DNA from: the human T2T-CHM13v2.0 reference genome, Homo sapiens
Length of the DNA: 64,000 nucleotides
Reading direction: 5' to 3' (one strand)
Assembly (NCBI RefSeq): GCF_009914755.1
Contig: NC_060926.1
Both the position numbers and the translations under genes were made by a program. Positions 46,692 through 64,000 of this stretch are shown here, piece after piece (position 1 is the first letter of the stretch; every line of letters begins with the position of its first letter). The notes beneath the pieces were generated by a model. It worked only from the letters and a program-made list of their open reading frames with translations, had not been told where the DNA came from and searched no databases.

Positions 46692-49460
46692 GTAAGACCT
46701 ATTTCTCTTCTCTTTCCTCAACCCCAAGTGCTTTGGCTGTTATGTAAAGAGGATTTATTGCTAGATAATTCTGTGTGATTTTTGGTCACCTAGAGAATTA
46801 AAGAAACATTAATCATTGGATATCATTCAAATATTTCACCAGCTACAGAGACAAAAATTCTCTTATTAGCAGTTGCAGAGTTCTTGTTCTCTGAGACTTT
46901 GGTCCCTACCATTAGCTCATGTTCAATTTTCTTCCCTCTGTTGAAAACCTATTAAAATGATTAGATGAACTCAGTTCATAATAACGTGTATATAAATGGT
47001 AGAGCTTAAAGTGTAATTCCATTAGAATAGTGACAATGAAGTGAATTCCCAATTTTGGAACTTTTCATTATTAGCAAGTTTGTCAGGAATATATTTGGGA
47101 AAGAAGCACACAGAAGGACTCTTCTAGGCCTCCCTGGAATCATATCTTAACCAGCAGAATTCTGCCTAATCATAAGTAATGATAAGCAGGATAGCAAGAG
47201 AAGTGACTTTACTCCCTAAAATTTAATCTCCTTTATAGGTGGAGATGGTAGATATTTCAGGAGATCAGTTACATAGGAATCATAATGTTGGAAAAAGTCA
47301 ATCAGTCCATGACCAGCAAACACCTACAGGAGGTATAAAAAGCATAATAATAATCACTTATATTTGTAGACATTCACTATTTACAAAGAGCCTGCATACA
47401 CATAGATGAACTCCATATGAGCCCTGCAAAGGAGGAGGCAGTCATTATGGTTCAAATTAACAAGCTGGCGAGGGCGCTCAGAAGTTACAACACTTTCTCA
47501 AGGTAATGCAGTTCTAAAGCTGCCCAATGGGCCTTCAGTAACCAGTCCTTCAAAAAGTTAAATTCCTATAACTATATCACCAGATGTGGATCAAAACATA
47601 GATATTTAATCTGATTCAAATATAATTGGGTTCCTGGCATTTTTTTTCTTGGCCCACTGATAAGTGAAGGTACTCAACAGCCGTATGTTCAATATCTGTT
47701 AACTCAGTTCCCTAAGTCAAACAATATTTGCCAGGAAGTTGGATTGGGGAATGTCAAGATTGAGACTTAGCACATGTGGCATGTAAACAATGGCCTTGTT
47801 TGGCTTCTGTAGAAAATTCTTCTTTGTGATCTAGGTAGTCAGCATTACATTTTAGTCAGTGTTACTAGGAGGAAGGCAGATACAGGAGAAGCTTTATCCA
47901 CATTAGAAAGAAGAGTCTCTTCATTGTGATGTCGGCTACAACCAGGTCGTTTTCCATCTCTTAGCCATCAGCAAACAGCTATCAGCCATGCACTGCTTAT
48001 ACCAAGCACTGTGCCATTCACGCTTCTCACCCTGGTGATAATCACAGTCTTGAGGAGAATGCAGACATACTCAAAGATGAGGAAACTGAGGCCCTGGGAT
48101 GCTAGATTGCCTGTGGTCACAAAGCTAGTCATTGTAGAGAAATGATTAAAATTCATGCTCAAAATTATTCTGCACTCTCTTCCATCTCTTGCCAATCTCC
48201 CCTCAAAAAGGATCCTAAAAATTGTGTTGGCCCAGCTCTAATCTAAAGTCCTGTGTATCACAGGATTACACATGCCAGCTTTGAACACAAAGTGCAAGGA
48301 AATGAAGTAGCCGTTAAAGCAGTTTCATTTTAACATGCCCTTATTGACCTGGCAGGCTGCTAGGGAGTCTGGGGAGGAATTAGACACTGCACAGAAGCAC
48401 AAGCTCCAGTTCCAAACCAGAGAAAAGGCACATGCGTGGCGGGGGTGGGGGTGCTCAAAGCAAGTAATAACGATGTTATCACTAGTGTGGCTCATTGAAA
48501 GCTCGGGGACTCCCAGTGCTTCTTAGTTTCTATACTTTGTTCTGTAGAAGTTAAGCATTGCAGCCCAGGAAAGTTACAGTCAGGCTCTGTCTTCTGAAGG
48601 AGGTTGTCCCAACTGTAGGAAAAATTGACACATGTGCTTGAGAGGATGAGTCAGAGAGCATGTGGCCAGGCCTCCTCCCTCTTATCACATAACCCACCTT
48701 GGCTAAATATAGGTGTGTCTCAAGCTGCCTGGCGGATGCTACGCTCCACTCAGGGGTCTACCACCAGGGATCCTGGACCTGGGGCCTCCCAAAGTATTTT
48801 TCAGTCCTTTTGTAGTCCTCTTCTTTGAAAGAGGATAAATCATTTTTTGTTCTTTTACCCAAACACCTTGACTATAAATATGTGTAAATTATGTATTCAT
48901 ATAGATAAAGGTTAAAGAAAATACAATCAAAAAACATTTGATTCATCAGTTTGGCAAGATTTGGAGTGTTTTTTGTTTTTGTTTTTTTAAATTTGGCTTT
49001 ATTTATTTTCAGCCTGGCTCAAAAAGCGTTTGAGGTAGCTGCTTACAGGAATGCATGCAATAAGATTTTTTAAGATAATAAGTTTTCGAAGTCAGCATAA
49101 GGGGAAATTGTTATAAAATAGAATAAGAAAATGAGTACATGTGTGTGAAAGAAAGAGAGAGAGAAATAACTGTAAGAATACAGGAGGGCTAGCTTAAAAT
49201 TAGCTGGAGTAGCATCCTACTGCAACCTTTAAATTTTAAGAGTTTTGGAGAATATCTTCCTTTTTGGCCTATTCATTTCCCCAAAATCCACTGTTATAGA
49301 TGAATTCACACATAACTGTCATATCACAACTGCTCATTGATACAGAATGAACCAAAAAATGTAAAAAAAAAAAAAAAAAAGCGCACAGATTTGGTATAAT
49401 CATTTAAATTCAACTTCACCCAGTGAAGATAATAACTAGTCGGTAGTTAACATCATCTTA

Positions 49461-49824
<364 letters not shown>

Positions 49825-49948
49825 GGTAGAGGAGACAGGCAGGGATTTCCAGGACAACTTCTCTTACTCTAGTTCTAAAATCAGATTCTCTTTTCCAAAC
49901 CTGCTTTTTCACTCCGTTTTCTCTGGAGTCCCAAAGGACCATTGCTAA

Positions 49949-50282
<334 letters not shown>

Positions 50283-51322
50283 CACACCTCTTTTCTAAAG
50301 CACAAGAACTCCTTTCTGTTCTCAGGGTTACTCACACTGTCCTTTTCTGTCTGCCCATGTTTCTCCCCTTTGTGGTATAGCAATAGCACCCTGCACATGA
50401 CATTTTCTCCAAGCTGGGCCCTTAGCATAAGAAAAGCTAATCTCTTTGCTCTTCTCCACCCTTTACAGTTGTAACCATCCACTGAGGTTTTCATTCACTG
50501 GTCCCTTCCCACAGCCTCCCTCCATCCTCACCATTCTCTTGCACACATTCTAATTCAATGTTGCTCAGAATCCAACTGTGGCTTCCTTCCACCTGGACCA
50601 TGAGGTAGCTGTGACCTCTAAATTGCAATTACTCTTAGTGTACACAGGCATCCTAGTTACTGAAACACTGTTTATTCTGTGTTCTTCATTAACTGAATCC
50701 TTGAACGTCTGTTTTTCCTTCCTAGTGAAATTATAAGCTTCTGAAGGAAACTTTGTCTTTAGCTTTATTTTGTACTCCTTTAGCACTGATCACAGTGCTG
50801 TACATTCAGAAGCAACAGGTTTACACAGTATGAATTTACAATTTGTTTCTCTGAAATGATTTTTGAAAATTGATACTACTTTAAAAATAATCAAAAGGTA
50901 GCAATTCAAATGAAACCTGCAGCAAGTCTGTTTATAAATTAATAATGACTTCTTAATTTTTCATTATGAATATATAGAAGATATTAAAATCTGATTTAAG
51001 GCAAATACATTCTGTTTAACACTATAATCTATTCATTAATTTGTGTTTATCCCTTATTTTATATTTTTGTTATTGTTTTGGTTCTTAATTTTAATGTTTT
51101 GGCTTTCAAGAGAGGAAAGCCTATTTTATTTACAAGAATGTTTTACGTCAGTATGTAAAATACAACTTCATTGTTGCCTAGAAATTTTGCCTATAAAATT
51201 TGCTTGAAATAAAATGCTTTTTTGACAGTTAAAGTTCCATATTTAATCTTTTTTTAATTAAAAGCTAATCCTTTCAGTTCTTGCTCCTAATGATTGAAGT
51301 TTGTTTCTGTCAGCAACAATCA

Positions 51323-51323
51323 A

Positions 51324-51362
<39 letters not shown>

Positions 51363-51369
51363 ACACACA
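51323..51369. repeat. Interrupted (CA)n microsatellite
   Basis: Direct inspection. Confidence 0.95.
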
Positions 51370-53089
51370 GGTTTTGCTAAAATGTGATCCTATGCAGGGC
51401 AGTTCTACTTGGAGAAGTCTGTCTTTTGGCCTGAAGCTATAGTTAAGATGGAACTCCAAAAATGAACTTATTTTAAGAGTGCACTTCCTGAATCTGAATT
51501 TAGAGAAAAATGACTCAAAGGAATTTTTGCTGCCAGCATTTAGTTTTTAAAGTACAATAAGAATTCTGGCGTGCTTGTCTACCACTGCTGTGTCCTCATA
51601 ACGTTACTCAACTGCTTAATTTAATGCTTTGCTTTCCCTACAAAACTCTGGCAAGCCCCTCAATAAAGCAATTAAAATGGTCTTTATTCTCTTAGCCCAG
51701 AGCCAGGACTGTCAACCAATAATTTGATTCCTTCCTACACAGCTAAAGAAAGGTTTTTTTTTGGCACATTTGAAAAGCAAAAGATAGCACCATGCATTTG
51801 CCACAAACCAATCTAAATTACTGAGGGGAAAGAAAAACTTTCTGGAACCTTAATTTTGATCCTAGTAGGGTCAAAAACTATAACGAATGAGTTACTGGAG
51901 GAGGAAGAGGAGGAGGGGGAGGAGACAGAAGAGAGAAAATAAAGTGATCAGGTATCCTCCCAAACTTTGAGCTTCTAAAAGTTTATCAGGCTGAGAGAAA
52001 AAAAGAAACTTTAAAGTTAAATTAAATTTAAATTTTTAATTTTTACATGGGACACAAATCTTAATTGATGAAATGAACGTGATTTTGTGACTAATAGTGA
52101 TTGGAGAACATTAATTAAAATTGATTGGAGAAGCTATGAGATCTCCTTGAGAAACCAATTGGAGGCAGGGAAAAAAAAACCTCATGAGATGAATTCAAAA
52201 GGATTTACTTCCTGCTTTCACCTCTATGGGTAAGCAATGCAGTGGTGCCTTTTGAATAGTGTGTATGTGTTCATTTGTGTGTGCACGTGCATGCATTTGT
52301 GAGCATTTGTGTTTGTGTGTTAGAGCACAGTACTCTTTTTCACTCAAAAGTCATGTAGGAGAGCAGGACATAAAAAGGAAAACTTGTTAAAAGGGTTCAG
52401 ACTAGGCTGTAACATAATGAAGGTGAAATATGGCCAAAGGACAATGAACTGGGCCTTTGAATACTTTTATTTATCCCACTCTCCTTATAACAAAGGGAAT
52501 AACAAAGACAACAAAGATTAGAGGAGAAGAATGGAAAGCACAATTCTGCTACTAGTTCAAATTCTGCTACTAGTTTCTTTCTAAAAAGAAAACAGCTAAA
52601 CAGTGCCTAATTAATAGAAAACAGAAATGTTAAAGTGAATTCCTGACTTTTCCTCCTAAATACTGTGAAAGCCCTAGAAACACTCCTGGGAGAGAGTAGT
52701 TAGTATATGCAGGAATTTGAAAGAAGTATACTTTTTCATATACGGAACACAAGGCCCAGTTTAACCATCAGCATAATATATCAAACTTTTGCTGTAATAT
52801 TGCCCTGGTACTCTTGGCCCTGAAAATAACTTCCTATTGGGCTTTTCTGGCTGATCCAATCAGAACAGAGCCTCTCAAGAGAGAAACAACTTTTTTGCTC
52901 AAGGTTCAGAAAATTCAGGGAAAATAGCAATGTTTAGAAGCTGTATTTTGCTGTTTGCTTTCGAAATGAAAGGAGCTTTTTAGAGTCTCCTGGAAAAACA
53001 GCTATATTATACCAAACTCAAGTACCTCCTCAACTGGCGTTGCTTCTAAAATGTTGATAATATGGACATGTGTGAGAAGCAGCAATATG

Positions 53090-53930
53090 AGGAAACAGTG
53101 TTTACAAAGGCTTCACAACTTGCCTTCTCATTTAATCCTTAAAACAATTCCTCAAGGTAGATACTATCATCATCCCAGCTTTACCTATAGAAAAACTGAG
53201 ACAGAGGAAGCTGAGGTTTCAGATAATAGCAGATATTTCAGACAGTGGCAGTTCATTTCATTGCACGTGATATTTGCTCATTGCCTATCAATCAGGAGCG
53301 GTGCGCCATGCCAGGCAGTTGAGGCCTTTCATCCTTCAGGCATATTATTTCATCTGATCCTTGTGGCCATGCCAGATTAGCAAAGTGTTACCTCTCTTTA
53401 TTAACAGATGAGGGGGGAAAAAAGAGCAAATGGTAAAGTAATTTGCCCAAGGCCTCACAGCTCACAAGTGCCAATGTTGGGACCCAACCTCTAGTTTTCT
53501 GACTCTTCCTCACTCAGTAATAATTCCACTGCACCAGTCTGGTTCCCTCTCCACCTCCAGCAACTCTCCCCACGTAGTGACCATCATCACCTGCAAGTCT
53601 CCTTAGCTTGCCAAGGCCCTGTGCTAAAGGGGAATCCCTCCATTGCTCAGCTTCACACACAAAGAAAATGCTTAGTTTTGTTTCAGTCAGTGATGTGTGT
53701 GTATGCATATATGTATGCATGTAGACTTATGTGTGTGTGTTTGTGTGTGTGTTTGTATCTAAGCAATCCTCACAGCAACCCTATGAGATATTAACTTTCA
53801 TATGTTTTACAGTTGAGAAGAGTGAGACTGTAAAAGAATAAATGATTTATCCATTGTCCCAGCAAACTAATAGCAAATTTGGGATTCAAAAGAAAATTTC
53901 CCAATTTTTAATTCTAGTGTTCTTTCCACA
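53090..53930 (-). mobile_element. Cluster of about three MIR remnants
   Basis: Repeated MIR cores: catttaatcct...aaactgagacagag; acagatgagg...taatttgcccaaggcc; aatcctcacagcaaccctatgag...ttttacagttgag. Confidence 0.65.
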
Positions 53931-55639
53931 GGTGACAGCTTTTCCTTCCTTTGTTTCCTTATAGTCATATGACATTGGCAGAAATTAAAACACCTCTCTT
54001 CCTTATACATGGGTAAGAGATGCATGATGGGAATTAAGTTTGCATGACATGTACCTCATCAGAGAAAAAAATTATAGGAAAGCATTTCCTATATAGCACT
54101 AAGCAAAGGTGATTCTTTAAAACTTGGCCATAACCACAGCCCTGCAGTGAACAAATCTCTCTGGGCTGCTACTGCAAAGTATGGCATCAGAGCATGGTCA
54201 TTGACTTCAAGGCGTATACAGCAAAATGTGATGCCGAAACACAGGGGACTGTTGGGAAAAAGGAGATAAAAAGCTAAACCTGTCCTGGGAGAGAACAAAA
54301 ATGTTTGAGCTGCAACCTGAAAGAGTAGAGAGTCAGAGAAATGGAGAAAGCAGTAAAAAGGATGATCCATTGAGAAATCGAGGGAAATCTGACATGGGTT
54401 GCAGGAGAGCAATGAGGACGTAAATGAGGCCACAGAAGTAAGTAGAGTCCAGATCACTCAGGACCTTCAGGTTCTTCCAAGGGCCAGTGGGAAACCGTTA
54501 AATGATTTAAGACCATAGAAATAACAATTTAATTTGCCTTTTCTCAGGGGACTTATGACCCAAAGGAAAGCACTTACAGGTAAATGCTAAAGTTGCATAG
54601 AAAACCACAGAATGTTAATACTAGGTGAAGATTTGAAAGTTTTCTAATCTAGTCCTTTATGTTACAGACAATGTTCCAGGAGAAAAATGACTTGCCCAAG
54701 GTCATACACAGCAGGAAAGACAGAACATCCCCACCTAGTACTATTTCTGCCACATCACACCACCTCCTCCTCTTCTCCCTGCCGTCCCAATTTCACTGTG
54801 ACAGCTTCCTGCTCAAAACAGACTATTGTTGAAGTGGTGAATGTTTATGCTGGTGGCTTATATTTCTAAGCCTGAGTCCTGTCACTTTGATGACTTTACA
54901 TTTACCATGGCAACCACAGCCGCAGCTGGCTAAGAACTTTGGAGTAGAAGTGATGAGTGTGACTTAAATTTTCTGAATCAGTAGCCAGGTGATTTTGACT
55001 GAATGTCATGGATAGTCTACCCTAGAAAGAACAAAACATGAAAATACAGTTTTTATATCACTGTACCTTCTTATCAGTGAGAGGGAAAGCAGCCCCAACA
55101 ATTCTAAGGTCTGGGAGAAAAGAATAAAATCCCAGGCAGAGCTCTTCAGCTGTGTGCTCAATTCTCCTCCTGATGTTCCTGAGACATCAGTGCTTGGGGA
55201 GTGAAGGCCCCTGAAGGCTCACATGAAGGCAGTAGTTGAATTGCAAATAGAAGTTAAGAAAATATTCTCCTTGACCTTCTGTTCAAACCTGTGAAGGCTG
55301 AGACTTGACCCACATAGTACATCTTGACTGTCTCGGAATAAAATGAAAAATTCATAGAAATGAGAGAATGTTATCATTCCCTCAATCTTATGATTTAAAA
55401 CCTTCTCTATTTGATAGGCTACATTCAAATCAGGTTAGTGGCTCAGCATTCAGCACACAGAAGCCAGGAGGGTGGGACGCATCACTTTCTGGGTCTCTCG
55501 ATAAATGGTTGAGCACTTGATAGATTCAGATTAAAGGACTGCTTCAGAAAAAGGCAGTGTGCTCCCTCAAAATGTGTGTATTTGCATTATGGGTAATCGT
55601 AGGTTCTCACATGAGTTTTTCAGCATGAAGCTCACAAAA

Positions 55640-55850
55640 TATTTTTACATCCATTATCTCATCAAATCTTCACCACTGTTCTGTGATGAAGGCATTGTAA
55701 TCTTCATCCTAAAAGTGAGGAAACTAAGGTTCTAGGGGCCTAACTGACTTGCCCATGGCCATAGGGCCAATAAATGCTAGAATGAACTAAAAACTTAGTC
55801 TCTTGTCATCTTTCTCAAGTCCAGAGTCTTTCTGTCCACCACAGTAGTAT
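55640..55850 (-). mobile_element. MIR remnant
   Basis: attatctcatcaaatcttcac...gaggaaactaaggtt...tgacttgcccatggcca. Confidence 0.65.
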
Positions 55851-57769
55851 GTCAGCTAAGTGCAGGATAGTGAAACTCCCCACATTAGAGGCCCCATTTG
55901 TTTTTAGAACTTGGATTGGCTGCAGTAATCTAAGCCTAGATTCCCCCCCAAGACAAAGAGATTGGATTAATTTTTTAAGTATAGCATGGGACCAGTAGAC
56001 TCTAAATACCTAATTTGTATAATAAATAGGCATATAGAATATAAATGTGATTTCTTAGCCTCAAAAAAGTTACAAACCTAGAAATATCTGGCATTCAAAT
56101 TAGACTTTAGCAGCAATTTCTCCTCCCATGATATAGGCAGAAATTAAGGAAAAACTGAAATAAAGGAAACTTGCTTGAATTAGGTTGGTGTAGGATAACT
56201 TGAAATGGTTTTTACAACCTATGCCAACTAGATGACATAGTGTCTGCCCAGAATATTCTCCATTCTCCTCAAGCCCCTACCCTATTACATTAGCAAGTAA
56301 CCTTTCTTCCAGTATGAAAGACTAGAGTAAGAGTTTAAAATGCTGAAAGCTTTGCGGGGGTTTCCCACTGTTCCTTTGAACAAAACAAGCACACTAGTTT
56401 TGCTAGATACCCGGAAACATGTTTAATCTGTTTAGTAATGCAGGAGAACAGGTCTCTGTAAATGTCAGAGTGCCTTGACATGTCAGTCACCCCAAATCAA
56501 GGCACACCCTGAAACTTTGTATTGGAAATCTCAGGCATCTCTTTTGGGTCCCTCTTTCCCATCCTGTAATATTGCTTTTACCAGGCACTAATATGATCTG
56601 TACCATATAATCTTCCACAGAATTTCTTCATTGTAATTCTTTAAACACATCTAAGATATATATTTGTCAACAATTGGCAGAGGTACTACTTATTTGCTGG
56701 GATATTAGCATCTAGTGGAATCTCTCATGATCTGCCCATGTAGGGTACTAATAGTGAAATTAAGGCACCATGACATAATCGGGGGAATAGAGGATTAGAT
56801 ATTTGGTGATTAGAGGTGTCTTCCCCAAATCTCTCAAATTTCTGAGAATTTTTCTTACCTCCAATTTTAGACTGTCTAGCACTTTTTAGAACTTCCTTCT
56901 AAAAAGGACAAAAACTCTACTAATTTAAAATATAGGAAGAGTCATTTGCATGAGCCTGCTTAGTTAACTCCTCCTGATACAATTCCTTTTGTCACTGGAT
57001 GTTTCTCAGACCAACCAAATTTTAACCATAAAGCAACTCTCAGGACTTCACAGCCGGGCTTGTTGGTTTATGCCGAATTTGTGTAATTGATCCTTTCTTT
57101 TCAGAACTGATTTGATTTTTTTTTCAGCACCAAATACCATTAAAAAAAATGTAACTGTGAAATGTGAATTTCTCATTAATTTATATTATAAAGTTAGAGA
57201 TGAGGAAGTCATAGGCTGTAGCTGTTTTCTTCTGTACCCTCCCTTTCACTCAGGCTATTAAACTCCCCTTAGCTTTACTTCCTCTTTCCCTGACCCAGAG
57301 CCCATGCCGGAACATTCAACCACCTTACACCAGTCCCCTCAAACCTCACTACCCATTCTCTTTCTACCTCATGTGCTCTGATATCCCTTAGACTCATATT
57401 AATCCAGCAATTTGCTTTATCTCTTCTTACACGCAGGCTGGCAGGCACTGGTGGAGCAAATCATATATTGAAATTTCATAAAATTTTGGCATCTCCAGTT
57501 TCAGGAAAGTGCTCACTGCCCCTCTGAAATCCTAGCTAGCTGGCCAGCATTCTCTCCCATTGCCCATAGTATCTGTCCAAAATATTCTCCATTCTCCTCA
57601 AGCCCCTAGCCTATTACATTAACAGATAACCCTTCCTCCAGTATGAGCTATGAATATTTTCAACTTCTCATCCCATGTGCATAAATATATTTGTATACGT
57701 TACCACCTTTTTGTACTTTCTATCTCAAAGGGAAATATTTCTTCCACTATTTAAGCTTTAAGTTCCATC

Positions 57770-59280
57770 TCATCTCCATCCATTCATTCATGCATTCAAT
57801 ACATATTTATCAAATATTTATTGTGTAACTGTGCTGGAAGCTTGTGGTACTGTAGTAAGCAAGGCAGATTTGTCCTACCCTCAGAAAATTTTGGATGCAG
57901 AAGATAAGGAAATAAGATTGATAGATGAATGCTGTGACAGAAACACAATAATAGAGAATAATAAAAGAATAGTTAATTTTGAGAGGGTAGGCCAGGTGCA
58001 GTGGCTCACGCCTGTAAACCCAGCACTTTGGGAGGCTGAGGCGGGTGGATCACAAGGTCAGGAGATCGAGACCATCCTGGCTAATATGGTGAAACCCCGT
58101 CTCTACTAAAAATACACAAAAATTAGCCAGGCGTGGTGGCAGGTGCCTGTAGTCCCAGCTACTCAGGAGGCTGAAGTAGGAGAATGGCGTGAACCCGGGA
58201 GGCGGAGCCTGCAGTGAGCAGTGATCACGCCACTCCACTCCAGCCCAGACTCTGTCTCAAAAAAAAAAAAAATGTGAAAGCGTTGTCAGAGACGGCATCT
58301 CTATGAAGGGAATATTTAAGATAGGAACTAAAGGAATAGAAGCAGCCAGCTGCGAAGACATGGGAAGGGTAGCAAAAATGCTAGAAGTTAAGCAAATAAC
58401 AAAAGCTGGAGTGTTCTTCAGGGAACTGAAAGAAGGCCAAGGTGGAGTGTGTGAGGGGAGAGTGGAATGACAGGCAGTTGGAAAGTTGAGCAGGGGTCCT
58501 ATACACTAAAGAATTTGGATTTTTTTCCTTTTCACTTTGTCCCATAGAAATTGACTGAGGATTTTAAACAGAAGAGTGGTGTTGATCTGACAAACTGTGG
58601 AAGTAGTGTCCCTTTAGGAGACTCCAGCAATAATCCTGGAGAAAGAGAGTGGATGCTCAAGAGCTAGGGGAGGCAACTGTGGAGGTATAAAGATGTTATA
58701 GCTGAGATATCTGTTGGCAACACACAGAATAGAAGTTGATGGATTGATTGTATTTATGGTCAGGAAGAGGGTGAAGTCTAGATGAGAATCCATATTTCTG
58801 CAGCAAGGTGGGTGGCGATGCCATTATGAGGGAAATGCAGAGGAGCTGGTTGGGTTGAGTGGGGTGAAGTCAAGGTTTCTGTTTCAGACACATTATGAGT
58901 GAGATGCCTGTGAGACATGCAGAGAAGATGTTCAGAAATTGTTTGGATATAAGTTAAGTCTGCAATTCAGATGGGAAATCTGACCTGTATATAAACTATG
59001 AAGATATTATCACACTTAAAACTGTGAGCATGATGGGCTCATACAATCATATCACACATAGAAGAAAACAAAGCCCCAGACCCAGCTCTGAGAATCTTGT
59101 GTTTCTTAAGAGGAAAGGAAAGCTAAGAAGGAAACTGAAGGTGAAAAGCCAGTGAATGATGGGTGAAAACTAGGAGGGTGTAGTGTCTCATGGGACAAAA
59201 AATTAAAAAATAGAGAGTGGCCAAAGGAAACTAGACTTGTTAATTGCATCAACTGCCATTGTAAGGTGGGTTAATATAAA
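57770..59280. mobile_element. L2 remnant interrupted by AluY
   Basis: cattcattcatgcattcaatacatatttat L2 terminus and a purine-rich L2-like body (gacacattatgagtgagatgcctgtgagacat). Confidence 0.6.
57990..58272 (+). mobile_element. AluY with a small right-arm deletion
   Basis: ggagatcgagaccatcctggctaa; aggagaatggcgtgaacccggg; lacks the tgggcgacagagc segment. Confidence 0.95.
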
Positions 59281-59524
59281 GAGACCTTGCTTCATTGATA
59301 ATCCTATCAATTACTGATTTTTTTTTCAACTCTCAGCTCTATCTGTACCTACTCTGATGCTCATAAATATGATTCTGTCCATGTCTACTCAACAGAGGAA
59401 GGGAGAACAGGGATGACAAATTTTCCTGGTATCCCACCTATCTACCCTCCTATTTCTTTCTTTTCTAGGTTTTCTCCCAAAATTGTCCACAAAATACTAT
59501 CCTTTCCCTCATTTACCTTTTACT

Positions 59525-60251
59525 CCTTTTTTAAATAATTTCAACATTTTAGATTCAGGAAGTACATGTACAGGTTTGTTACAGGGTATATTGCATGCTG
59601 CTGAGGTTTAGGACACAAATGATTCTGTCACCCAGGTACTGAGCATAGTACTCAACAGTTAGTTTTTCAACTGTTACCCCTCCTTCCTTACCCTCTCTAG
59701 TAGTCCCCAGTGTCTATCATTGCCATCTTTATGTCTATGAGTACCCAATGCTTAGCTCCCACCTATAAGTGAGAACACGTGATATTTGGTTTTCTGGTCC
59801 TGTGTTAATTTGCTAAGGATAATGTCCTCCAGCTGCATTCATGTTGCTGCTAAGGAAATGATTTTGTTATTTTTTATGGCTTCATAGGATTCCATGATAT
59901 ATATGTATCACATTTTCTTTATCCAATCCACCATTGAGGGGCACCTAGGTTGATTACATGTCTTTGCTATTGTGAATAGTGCTGAATTGTTTTGGTAGAA
60001 TGACTTATTTTCATTTGGATATATACCTAGTAATTGGATTGCTTGCTCAAATGGTAGTTCTGTGTTAAGTTCTTTGAGATACCTCCAAACTGCCTTCTAC
60101 AGTGGCTAAACTAATTGGTAGGAACTACATTCCTACCGACAGTATGGAAGTGTATAAGCATTCTCTTTTCTCCACAGCTTTGACAGCATCTGTTGTTTTT
60201 TTACTTTTTAATAACTGCCATTCTAACTGGTATGAGATGGTGTCTCATTGT
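59525..60251 (-). mobile_element. Older L1PA (about PA15-16) 3' end
   Basis: ttttagattcagg..gtacatgtacaggtttgttac...; 16-bp TSD tcatttaccttttact (59509-59524, 60252-60267). Confidence 0.9.
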
Positions 60252-60718
60252 TCATTTACCTTTTACTTTGCAGTTCATTGTGCTCTAGCCCCACCAATTC
60301 TCTCGTTGGGAAACTTTAGTCTCATCACTCTGGTCTTTAATGGTCATCACAAGAGATTCTGAGAATTAGAATCTTATTTTGGAGATGTTCCCTTTTTTGC
60401 CTTATGAAAAACATTTCAGAGTCTAAAGTTTGTCCAGTTCCAAAATTGTCCTCTAATTGTTGGAATTGTTGGTAATTATGCAACCAAATAGACCAATTTT
60501 TTAGTACTTCTTGGAAATCCCTCAATTTATATTCTTTCTTCTTTTTTTCTAATTATCTTTATTTTCTAAAATAGAGTTTCAATATGATAGTTCATAATTT
60601 GGTATCACCAATTAACACTTTCGTGGACTTCAATGTGCAAATTCCTCAAACTTAAAAGAAGCTTCAAATTTAGGGAAAAAAAAACAGCATGACTAACAAT
60701 TCTGTAAATTCAAAATAA

Positions 60719-64000
<3,282 letters not shown>

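Noticed and set aside
54089-54457. 122-aa hydrophobic minus-strand ORF in intron 1
   Set aside because: Complement of a purine-rich, L2-like degenerate stretch; no family similarity.

Overview
Primate, almost certainly human, AT-rich and CpG-poor genomic DNA. It contains one protein-coding feature: the very large first coding exon of GALNT5 (polypeptide N-acetylgalactosaminyltransferase 5), + strand, ATG 45238 to splice donor after 46691. About 45 kb of upstream intergenic sequence precedes it and about 17 kb of intron 1 follows it; no second GALNT5 exon was recognised. The rest is interspersed repeats: many L1 pieces (two 5'-inverted insertions and one internally deleted element that keeps both ends), Alus, solo LTRs (MLT2, MER57, MER50, MER31, MLT1A, MST-like), DNA transposons (MER75 piggyBac, Tigger3, MER5), MIR/L2 remnants and microsatellites. 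Nearly all other ORFs in the track are repeat-derived or chance. I found no new multi-gene system. The best leads are a near-consensus 5' splice site, uORFs and a (CTG)8 just upstream of the GALNT5 ATG; an in-frame stop at the exon-1 donor; a gut-type TF motif cluster with CCAAT and TATA about 17.5 kb upstream; two unexplained short duplications about 1.3-1.4 kb apart; and several unusual retrotransposon structures. Repeat subfamily names come from recalled consensus sequences and need RepeatMasker/Dfam confirmation.
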